From contig DATKZF010000003.1 in assembly GCA_035528115.1 (NCBI GenBank), positions 423,089 to 487,088 of the forward strand: a DNA stretch of 64,000 nt. Reading direction: 5' to 3'. The notes beneath the pieces are model-generated. The model saw nothing but the letters and a program-made list of their open reading frames with translations. It made no database searches and was not told where the DNA came from. The translations under genes and the position numbers were made by a program. Shown here piece after piece: positions 39,566 through 47,005 of this stretch (its first letter is position 1; each line of letters begins with the position of its first letter). Source of the stretch: Candidatus Bipolaricaulota bacterium. GTDB taxonomy: Bacteria > Patescibacteriota > Patescibacteriia > UBA11705 > DATKZF01.

Positions 39566-40387
39566 ATGAAAAATAATTCAATTAAAATCGGAATTATCGC
39601 GGGGAAAAAAGCGACTGACGCGGCTCTTTGCAAAGCAATACAAAATAATTTTTCCGATACAAATTTTTTTAAATATAAAATACCCGTTAAGGATTGGATA
39701 CCATGGATAATGAAGCGTATTTCCGATAGGGGAATTATGGTTTTGATTGGGAATGTCGCTCTTGCAATGTATTTACGACTGCAAAGGAAATACGAAAATT
39801 TCATCGGCAAATCATTATGGCTTAATTATCGCGGTTCGGTCCCTTCATGGAAGGGAATTGAAGTTAAGCGGCGCTTTTCGGAAGACGAGTTAATTAAAAA
39901 TTTGGCTGAAACGGATTTGGTGATTCTTTTGGATGCGTTTAGATTGTCGCATCATTTTTATCGAAAATTTAAAGGACCGATTTTTCAAATCGTCTGGGGT
40001 TCGCCTCCGGAATATTTGGGGGATTCGGGCGGGTTTTGGGCCTTTGCGATCGGGGACAAGGATAGAGTTGGCGTAAGCATTGTTCGGCGCTCTTCTCAAT
40101 TCGACAATTTTTTCGTTTTGGCGGACAAAAAAATTGAATGTGATGAATTTGAAAATCTCAGAACAATAAAAATAAAGCAGGTGGTTGAAATGGAACGATT
40201 GTTGCCTGAAAAAATAAAATCATTTATAGGAGAACGGGAAGAGACGCTAGTGAAAGAAAGAAGAACGGAGTATTGTCGTATCTTTCGAGCGCCAACGTTC
40301 CGGGAATATCGCAGATTTCTTAAAATGAAAAGGATAAATTCTTTCCCAAAAAATTCGTATTCTGAAAAGCAATGCGTAATCAAATAA
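39566..40387 (+). CDS. Formyltransferase-fold protein (Formyl_trans_N-like), catalytic Asn/His apparently substituted
   Basis: KIGIIAGKK N-terminus and GDKDRVGVSIVRRSSQFDNFFVL align with the formyltransferase N-domain (GxxxGVTIhxxxxxxDtGdIl). At the position of the N-x-H-x-SLLP catalytic motif the sequence reads FQIVWGSPPEY, with Q in place of N and W in place of H. Confidence 0.5.
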   Translation: MKNNSIKIGIIAGKKATDAALCKAIQNNFSDTNFFKYKIPVKDWIPWIMKRISDRGIMVLIGNVALAMYLRLQRKYENFIGKSLWLNYRGSVPSWKGIEVKRRFSEDELIKNLAETDLVILLDAFRLSHHFYRKFKGPIFQIVWGSPPEYLGDSGGFWAFAIGDKDRVGVSIVRRSSQFDNFFVLADKKIECDEFENLRTIKIKQVVEMERLLPEKIKSFIGEREETLVKERRTEYCRIFRAPTFREYRRFLKMKRINSFPKNSYSEKQCVIK

Positions 40388-40391
40388 AAAT

Positions 40392-41069
40392 ATGGATATT
40401 TCAAAAAGAAAAGTTTTAATTTTTTCTCTTGCGGGATTGCTTTCGTCTCTTTTTTTGCATGAGCGAAATTTATATTCGGACGCGGCCTTTCCCATCTCCG
40501 TTCGCGTCACCTTATTGCGTTTTTTTATTATCGCCTTCCCTTTATTGCTGGGCTTTCTGATTGCCAAACAAAAAAAACTTAATTTGCCCAAAATTATTTT
40601 TTTGATTTTATGGACAATATTCATCCCTTATACGATTTATTCAATATCGGAAATAAGGCATGTGGCGGAATTATGCAGATTGCCTGAAAATATTTTTTAT
40701 ACCGAGATGTGCCTTGAGCGAGCATGGTCGTTAATCCCCACTTTTATATATGCTTTTGGCGGAGTGATGATTTTCGTTTTTTCCGTTGTTCAAGTCGCTT
40801 CATCTCTTTACTCAAAATCAATCAAAAAACAGCTATGCATTCTTGCCCTGTGCGCTTACGCTTCATTCGCCAGCGTTTTCGGATTATATACCAGATTTAA
40901 TGTTTGGGATGGAATACTCCATCCGGTCACGGCGGTGAAATTAGCCGTAGACTCTTTTTCTCTCCCCTGGTTTATATCAAATTTTCTTATTTTCACTTTG
41001 TTTTTCATGGGTATTGTTTTCGTGGTCAATAAAATTTTAAGACACGCGAAGGAATATATTGCTGAATAA
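40392..41069 (+). CDS. Polytopic membrane protein (about 6 TM), unknown function, translationally coupled to the upstream gene
   Basis: 225 aa; 4-nt gap after the formyltransferase-like gene; hydrophobic helices throughout. Confidence 0.4.
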   Translation: MDISKRKVLIFSLAGLLSSLFLHERNLYSDAAFPISVRVTLLRFFIIAFPLLLGFLIAKQKKLNLPKIIFLILWTIFIPYTIYSISEIRHVAELCRLPENIFYTEMCLERAWSLIPTFIYAFGGVMIFVFSVVQVASSLYSKSIKKQLCILALCAYASFASVFGLYTRFNVWDGILHPVTAVKLAVDSFSLPWFISNFLIFTLFFMGIVFVVNKILRHAKEYIAE

Positions 41070-41084
41070 AAATTTTATATAAAA

Positions 41085-41150
41085 AAACCGTCACCGCTGC
41101 CTGCCGGCAGAATTTCTCGGGAATGACAGACAGGTGATGGCTTTTTGCTT
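41085..41150. repeat. Composite palindromic terminator element (family member)
   Basis: aaaaaaaccgtcaccgCTGCCTGCCGGCAGaatttctcGGGAATGACAGACAGGTGatggctttttg. Confidence 0.6.
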
Positions 41151-41159
41151 GAGGTGAGG

Positions 41160-41188
41160 TTGACTGGGAGGGGTTTTGTTCGTAGAAT
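41160..41188 (+). promoter_or_regulatory. Promoter P2 (TTGACT-GGGAGGGGTTTTGTTCG-TAGAAT), paralogue of P1
   Basis: 34 of 35 nt identical to 39512-39546, including the entire 17-bp spacer; about 35-nt 5'UTR to the rSAM ATG at 41228. Confidence 0.5.
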
Positions 41189-41227
41189 GAATTGAGGTGG
41201 CTATAGAAGTTAGTTAGGTGCAATAAT

Positions 41228-42367
41228 ATGAGAATAGAACCAAATGTTTCCACAATTTACGAAAATAAATTCCCTCAAAATTTTGTTAATGATGTTAACG
41301 GCTGGGCTTTTTCCCAAAATGAAATGAAAGATAATTTTGGAAAGCTTTTAACATTAGATATTGATTTTGGAAGTTTTTGTAATCTTAATTGCCCACATTG
41401 TTTTAGAAAAAACAATAATGTTGATTTTGGCAAAAACAAGATAATTGATTACGACAACATAGTGAATATTGTCAAAGAGGGCAAAAAATTAGGGTTGAAA
41501 TCTGTTAAATTTCTCGGGGCCGGTGAACCTTTTCAAGAAAAAAGATTTTTGGAATTTTTGAGAGAACTAAAAAAATTGGATATTATCCCGCTTATTTTTA
41601 CAAAAGGGCATGTTATTGGCGACGATAATGAGGTTAAAAAATGGTATTCTCAATATGGCATTTCCACCGGTGAAGAATTAGTTGAAGAATTGAAGAAAGT
41701 AAACGCCAGCATTTTATTGGGTTTTAATTCCTTTGATACAGAAATTCAAGATAAAATGATAGGTAATATCAAGGGTTATACTTTGAAAAGAAATCGCGCT
41801 TTAGAACTTTTAGCTAAGGCGGGTTTTAATAAACACAACCCAACAAAACTTTGTCTGGCCGCGAACCCGATCACCAATGATAATTACGAGGAAATTTTTG
41901 AAATATACAAATGGGGCAGAATTAGAAATATGTATGTTATTGTTTGTCCGACAATGATAAGCGGCAGGTGTGCCAAAGAATTTGAGTGGCATAAAATTAC
42001 CCCCTCCCCAGAAGAATTGATTGAATTGTACGTAAAAATTTATAAATTCAATCTTGAAAAAGGTATAATTACAATGAAGCAGCTTGAGGATGAGGGCATT
42101 GCTCCTTATGCCGGCGGTCATCCATGCAATCAGGTCGCTTGCGGCATGTATGTGACATTAACAGGCAAGGTTTTGAGATGCCCGGGCGATGATAGAACTT
42201 TATTGGGTGATATTTGGAGCGAATCGTTGAGAGATATTTGGTTCAAGTCGGAAAATTATGAGAGAGCAGGAACATTTAATTGCGTTTGTCCGCCAAAGTT
42301 TGGGAAGTCCATCCCGTGTGATTTATTTACAAAAGTGATGACGCGATTAAAAAAGGACAATGATTAA
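41228..42367 (+). CDS. Radical SAM enzyme with C-terminal Cys-rich auxiliary-cluster (SPASM/twitch-like) domain
   Basis: CNLNCPHC (CxxxCxxC) at residues about 51-58, GAGEPF SAM-binding motif, then C-terminal CNQVACGMYVTLTGKVLRC (C-x4-C-x7-G-x4-C) and CVCPPKFGKSIPC. Confidence 0.75.
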   Translation: MRIEPNVSTIYENKFPQNFVNDVNGWAFSQNEMKDNFGKLLTLDIDFGSFCNLNCPHCFRKNNNVDFGKNKIIDYDNIVNIVKEGKKLGLKSVKFLGAGEPFQEKRFLEFLRELKKLDIIPLIFTKGHVIGDDNEVKKWYSQYGISTGEELVEELKKVNASILLGFNSFDTEIQDKMIGNIKGYTLKRNRALELLAKAGFNKHNPTKLCLAANPITNDNYEEIFEIYKWGRIRNMYVIVCPTMISGRCAKEFEWHKITPSPEELIELYVKIYKFNLEKGIITMKQLEDEGIAPYAGGHPCNQVACGMYVTLTGKVLRCPGDDRTLLGDIWSESLRDIWFKSENYERAGTFNCVCPPKFGKSIPCDLFTKVMTRLKKDND

Positions 42368-42384
42368 CGTCCTCATCGCACTCA

Positions 42385-42470
42385 AAAAAAACCGCCACTG
42401 CTTTGAGATTCCCGCCTGCCTGCCGGCAGGCTTTCGCGGGAATGACAGACAGGTGTGGCGGTTTTTTATT
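42385..42470. repeat. Composite palindromic terminator element (best-preserved copy) between convergent rSAM gene and rny
   Basis: aaaaaaaccgccac tgctttgagattcccg CCTGCCTGCCGGCAGGC tttcgcGGGAATGACAGACAGGTG tggcggtttttt; outer stem accgccac/gtggcggt, inner stem ttcccgc/gcgggaa, central palindrome. Confidence 0.65.
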
Positions 42471-42520
42471 GAAGCTAATTGTTTCATGATCCATGATTCA
42501 TGTTCCATGCTCCATGACGT

Positions 42521-44038
42521 TTATCGCGCGTACTCAATCACTCTGTTTTCTCTAATCACAGTGACTTTGATTTCACCCGGATATTTAAGCTCGTCTTCAA
42601 TGTTCTTCGCTATTTGCTGAGCGATTTTGTGAGCGTCAATGTCATTGATCACTTCCGGCTGGACGAAAACTCGAATTTCTCGGCCGGCCTGAATGGCATA
42701 AGCTTTTTCCACGCCTTCCAATTTGGTGGCAATGTTTTCCAGCTCTTCCAATCTCTGCAAATAATTTTCATAAGTGTCTTTTCTGGCTCCGGGTCTGGCG
42801 CCGCTGATGGCGTCGGCCGCTTTGACGATAATCGCTTCCAAGGTGGTAGGTTTATCTTCGTGATGAGTCAGAATCGGAATGATTATTTCCTCGGGCAGAT
42901 TGAATTTTTTGGCAATGTCTCTGCCGATCTCGGGGTGAGTGCCTTGGATTTCATGATCCACGGCTTTGCCGATGTCATGCAAGAAGCCCGCTTTTTTGGC
43001 CACGGTCACGTCAGCGCCCAGCTGTTCCGCCAAAAGCGAGGACAGGTGAGCCACTTCCATGGAGTGCTGCAGGACGTTTTGTCCGTAACTCGTTCTGTAT
43101 TTCAATCGGCCGATTATCTGGACCAGTTTCGGGTCGAGGCCGGCAATGCCAACTTGATAGCAAGCTTCTTCGCCCGCTTTTTTTATTTCCAGCGCCAATT
43201 CTCTTTTGGCTTCTGCAATGCCTTCTTCGATTTTCGCCGGATGAATGCGTCCATCAATGATCAGTTTTTCCAGAGCTCGCTTCGCCACCTCGCGTCTGAT
43301 CGGACTGAAAGACGAAACGGTGATCACTTCGGGCGTGTCATCAACCACGATTTCCACGCCGGTCAATTGCTCGAAGGTTCTGATGTTTCTGCCTTCTCGG
43401 CCGATGATTCTGCCTTTCATTTCGTCAGAAGGCAGAGAGACCGTTGACGTGGTGATTTCCACGGCTTGACTGGCGGCGCAACGCTGAATCACATTGGCCA
43501 GCATCTTTTTTGCTTGGCGATCCAATTCCAGCGAGGCTTCCTCGTCCAGTTTTTTAATGCGGCTGGACAGAGCGTCGCTGACTTCTCTTTCCACATTGGC
43601 GAGCAGAACTTTTTGCGCCTGCTCTTTGTTCATGTTGGCGATCTTTTCGAGTTTTTCGATTTGATCGGCCTGGATTTTTTTAATTTTTTCTTTGGCCGCG
43701 TCGATTTCTTTGGCCTTGTCCTGCAATTTGGTGGTTTGGGCTTCCAGGTCCAAAAGTTTTTTGTCGAACAAATTTTCCCTGGTTTCCAATCTGTTTTGCA
43801 GTTCTTTCAATTCTTTTCTGCGGTTGTTTTCTTCTTTTTTGGCTTCGTCGATGATTTGAATGGCCTTTTCCCTGGCCGTGTACAAGATTTCTTGTTGCTT
43901 GGTCTTGGCCTCTTTGAGCATGTTTTCGGCCTTTGCTTCCGCGCCCCTGGCTTGATTGGCGGCAATGGCCTTTCTAATAAAATAACCGCTCAAAAAGCCA
44001 AGGCAGATAGCGGTTACACCGATAATAATATAAAGCAT
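42521..44038 (-). CDS. rny: Ribonuclease Y
   Basis: 505 aa; N-terminal TM, long coiled-coil, KH domain (GRIIGREGRNIRTFEQLTG), HD domain (HSMEVAHL...GFLHDIGKA). Confidence 0.9.
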   Translation of the reverse strand: MLYIIIGVTAICLGFLSGYFIRKAIAANQARGAEAKAENMLKEAKTKQQEILYTAREKAIQIIDEAKKEENNRRKELKELQNRLETRENLFDKKLLDLEAQTTKLQDKAKEIDAAKEKIKKIQADQIEKLEKIANMNKEQAQKVLLANVEREVSDALSSRIKKLDEEASLELDRQAKKMLANVIQRCAASQAVEITTSTVSLPSDEMKGRIIGREGRNIRTFEQLTGVEIVVDDTPEVITVSSFSPIRREVAKRALEKLIIDGRIHPAKIEEGIAEAKRELALEIKKAGEEACYQVGIAGLDPKLVQIIGRLKYRTSYGQNVLQHSMEVAHLSSLLAEQLGADVTVAKKAGFLHDIGKAVDHEIQGTHPEIGRDIAKKFNLPEEIIIPILTHHEDKPTTLEAIIVKAADAISGARPGARKDTYENYLQRLEELENIATKLEGVEKAYAIQAGREIRVFVQPEVINDIDAHKIAQQIAKNIEDELKYPGEIKVTVIRENRVIEYAR

Positions 44039-44370
44039 ATTTTTCCGACCGGCGGAAAAATCAAGAGTTTGGATTGTAAAAATTCCCTTCGATCTCTAGA
44101 CTGAGAACAGGTTGTTTGAGAGTCGCTTTTTTAGCTTTGCGAATATCATTTGAGTTGGTAATTTAAGCTAATTTTAGGGAATAATTTGTTGCGCCAATAC
44201 TTTCGATTTTTCGACGATTCTATCATTTGGCTTATTAATTCTGTTTGAAGCTTATCATAATAGCCAATTTTTGTAAAGAGTGAGAATTCCCGAATTTTTT
44301 CATTGCGAAAGACAAAAAAAGAACCCCGCGTTTTCTAATGCGGGATCCTTTATCTATTATCAATATTGGT

Positions 44371-45516
44371 CTATTCTTTTTTATCTTCTTCTTCCGGCTT
44401 TTTTTCTTCAGGCTCCTTTTTTTCAGGCCTGTCGTTTCTCAAGCTCAATCCCAGTCGATGATCTTTGGGTTCGAGCGAGATTATTTTGAATTTCAGCTTG
44501 TCGCCCGGTTTGGCGATTTCGGAAGGATCGGAAATTTGCTTGTCAGTCAATTCGGAAATGTGCGCCAAGCCGTGAATGTCTTCGGCGAGTTCCACGAAAA
44601 GTCCGAAAGGATTGGTCTTTAAGACCGTGCCTTCCACGACATCGCCGACTTTGAATTTGTCTTCGATACCGTCCCAAGGATCTTCTTGCAATTTCTTTAT
44701 GGACAAGAAGATTTTCGAGCGGTCGATATTGATGATTTCGGCTTTGATCGGTTGACCCACCTTAAACAATTCCTTGGGATCATCGATTCTCTGCCAAGCT
44801 AATTCGGAAATATGCACCAAACCCTCGAGGTTTTCGCCGAATTCCACAAAGGCTCCGAAATCGGTGACCGCCGTGATTTTTCCTTCCACCACGTCGCCGA
44901 CTTTGTATTTGGCCAAAGTGTCTTTTTGGGTTTCTTCCCAAGCCGCTTTTTCCGAAACGATCAGTTTCTCTTGCTTCTCGTCAACGGTTAAAACTTTAAC
45001 TTCGAATTTTGAACCCACGTAAGTTTTCAGTTTTTCCAGAATTTTCGTTTTATCTCCGCCTTGAATTCTCGGATAATGTTCCGGCGCCAATTGCGAAACG
45101 GGCAAAAACCCGGAAACGTGATTCAATGTGGCGAGCAAACCGCCTTTATTGGCGTCCGTGATTTTCACGGGCACTATCTTGCCTTCGCGCATGAATTCTT
45201 TCAATGTTTCCCAAGCTTTTTGAAAACCGGCATGGCGCAGTGAAAGCTCCATCTGGCCATGTTCGTTTTCGAGTTCCATGACCGTGGCCTCGATCTCAGT
45301 GCCCGGCTGAAGCTCGCTTAAGGTTTCGAATCCGCCGTATAATTCTCGGCCTCGAATAACGCCCGTGGTCAGGCCGGCTACGTCCACCAGGACTTCCTTG
45401 TGAGACGAATTTATAACCACTCCTTTAATCAAATCCCCGACGCTGGGAATCTGGGTGAACGCTTTGTTGTCTTGCAGCAAATTGTCGAATTCGCTGGCTT
45501 CTGTTGCGATAGACAT
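44371..45516 (-). CDS. rpsA: 30S ribosomal protein S1 (four S1 domains, KE-rich C-terminus)
   Basis: Repeated S1-domain signatures (G..V.G.V......GAFV/LFVEL); start at MSIATEAS preceded by AAAGGAGA SD. Confidence 0.85.
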   Translation of the reverse strand: MSIATEASEFDNLLQDNKAFTQIPSVGDLIKGVVINSSHKEVLVDVAGLTTGVIRGRELYGGFETLSELQPGTEIEATVMELENEHGQMELSLRHAGFQKAWETLKEFMREGKIVPVKITDANKGGLLATLNHVSGFLPVSQLAPEHYPRIQGGDKTKILEKLKTYVGSKFEVKVLTVDEKQEKLIVSEKAAWEETQKDTLAKYKVGDVVEGKITAVTDFGAFVEFGENLEGLVHISELAWQRIDDPKELFKVGQPIKAEIINIDRSKIFLSIKKLQEDPWDGIEDKFKVGDVVEGTVLKTNPFGLFVELAEDIHGLAHISELTDKQISDPSEIAKPGDKLKFKIISLEPKDHRLGLSLRNDRPEKKEPEEKKPEEEDKKE

Positions 45517-45729
45517 GTAAATGTCTCCTTTCAAATATAAGATGGTAATAGTTTAGCAGATTTTTAGGGGGTGTCAAGAAGGGCTGTTTTGAGGCAAAGG
45601 AGGTAGCTTGTAGCTTGTTAGCTTATTAGGTGAAATTAAAGCATAAAGCCACCTACAAGCTCACTCCAAATATTTACTTTCTTGAAAAAATATGATAAAT
45701 TAAACCCAGTTAATTCACTCAAAGATTTT

Positions 45730-46386
45730 ATGAATATTTCATCTTTCGGGCATTCCTGCTTCAAATTGACCTGCAAATTCGAGGGTAAGGAATTGGTGAT
45801 TATCACCGACCCGTACGATAAAAGTATCGGACTTCGGGTGCCGAAAATGTCGGCGGATATCGTCACGGTCAGCCACGATCATAAAGATCATTCAAACAGC
45901 GCGGCTGTTTCCGGAAATCTCGAAAATATCCCGTTTGTCATCACTCAGCCGGGAGAATATGAAATAAAAAAGGTATTCATCACCGGTTTTAATTCTTGGC
46001 ATGACAATGAAGAGGGCGCAAAGCGCGGATCAAACATTATTTATAGATATGACGTCGAAGGCATGACCGTGGCGCATCTGGGAGATCTGGGATGCCAGCT
46101 GACCGAAGAGCAATTGGATCAATTGGGAGATGTTGATGTATTGTTTATTCCCGTGGGCGGCACTTATACGCTGGACGCGGCGGGCGCGGCCAAAGTGGTG
46201 CGCGAAATAGACCCGAGAATCGTTATTCCCATGCATTATCGCGAAGAAAACTTGAATTATGATTTGGACAGCGTCAACGCTTTTCGAAAAGAAATGGGCG
46301 GCGCGGCCGAGACTGAGAAAAAGATAAAATTATCCAAAAAGGCTTTGCCGGTAGAAGAGATCAAAATTATAATTTTGGAAAAATAA
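45730..46386 (+). CDS. MBL-fold metallo-hydrolase (UPF0173-like)
   Basis: HSCFKL...ITDPY, SHDHKDHS metal-binding His cluster, HLGDLG, PMHY. ATG 45730 preferred; the track start 45682 is a TTG. Confidence 0.6.
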   Translation: MNISSFGHSCFKLTCKFEGKELVIITDPYDKSIGLRVPKMSADIVTVSHDHKDHSNSAAVSGNLENIPFVITQPGEYEIKKVFITGFNSWHDNEEGAKRGSNIIYRYDVEGMTVAHLGDLGCQLTEEQLDQLGDVDVLFIPVGGTYTLDAAGAAKVVREIDPRIVIPMHYREENLNYDLDSVNAFRKEMGGAAETEKKIKLSKKALPVEEIKIIILEK

Positions 46387-46387
46387 T

Positions 46388-46972
46388 ATGAACAGGGGGG
46401 AGCGTAAAATTCCAGTAAACATTCACGTGAATGCGGAAGAGAAAAGACAGCCGGCCGATGGAGCGGATTATTTTGAAGAGGCCGAGCAAGAAAAAACAGA
46501 CTCGATAATCGACGAGTCTTCGGATCGCGTTGAGCGGGAAACGCCGGAGGAGCCAGTGTCCGAGGAAGACTTGGATAATAATATCATGCAAGGATTGATA
46601 GAACATCAGGAAGAAACCCCGTCCAAAAAAATCAGTCGAAAAAACAAGCGTGAATTGTTTTTGTGGTTCTTCGTGGCCATATTCAGCTTGGCTTTTTTGG
46701 CGGTTTGGCTGATCAATACGCGTATCAGTTTCAACGATATCGCCGTGAAATTGAGCGAGAGCGACAATCAAAAAAGCATCGATAGCATTTCCGATAAATT
46801 CAAGGAAGATTTCGATCAGATAAAAACCAACGTGTCGGATTATCAAATTTTTACGGATTATATAAAGAAGGAACAGAGTCAACAGCAGGCGATCGATGAA
46901 TTGAAAAACAAACTGGAGAGCGAGTCGGACATAAAAAGTTTGCCGCAACCGCTCGAGCCGAATAATCAATAA
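46388..46972 (+). CDS. Hypothetical single-pass membrane protein, acidic N-terminus
   Basis: 194 aa; TM LFLWFFVAIFSLAFLAVWLI. Confidence 0.35.
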   Translation: MNRGERKIPVNIHVNAEEKRQPADGADYFEEAEQEKTDSIIDESSDRVERETPEEPVSEEDLDNNIMQGLIEHQEETPSKKISRKNKRELFLWFFVAIFSLAFLAVWLINTRISFNDIAVKLSESDNQKSIDSISDKFKEDFDQIKTNVSDYQIFTDYIKKEQSQQQAIDELKNKLESESDIKSLPQPLEPNNQ

Positions 46973-47005
46973 TAAAAAAACGGTTAGGCAATAATTTTTT
47001 TATTT

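Noticed and set aside
42360-42620. 86-aa ORF overlapping the palindromic element downstream of the rSAM gene (also similar ORFs through other CCTGCCTGCCGGCAGG copies)
   Set aside because: Its translation (…ACLPAGFRGNDRQVW…) is simply the repeat element read in frame. It overlaps the rSAM gene end and the rny 3' end.
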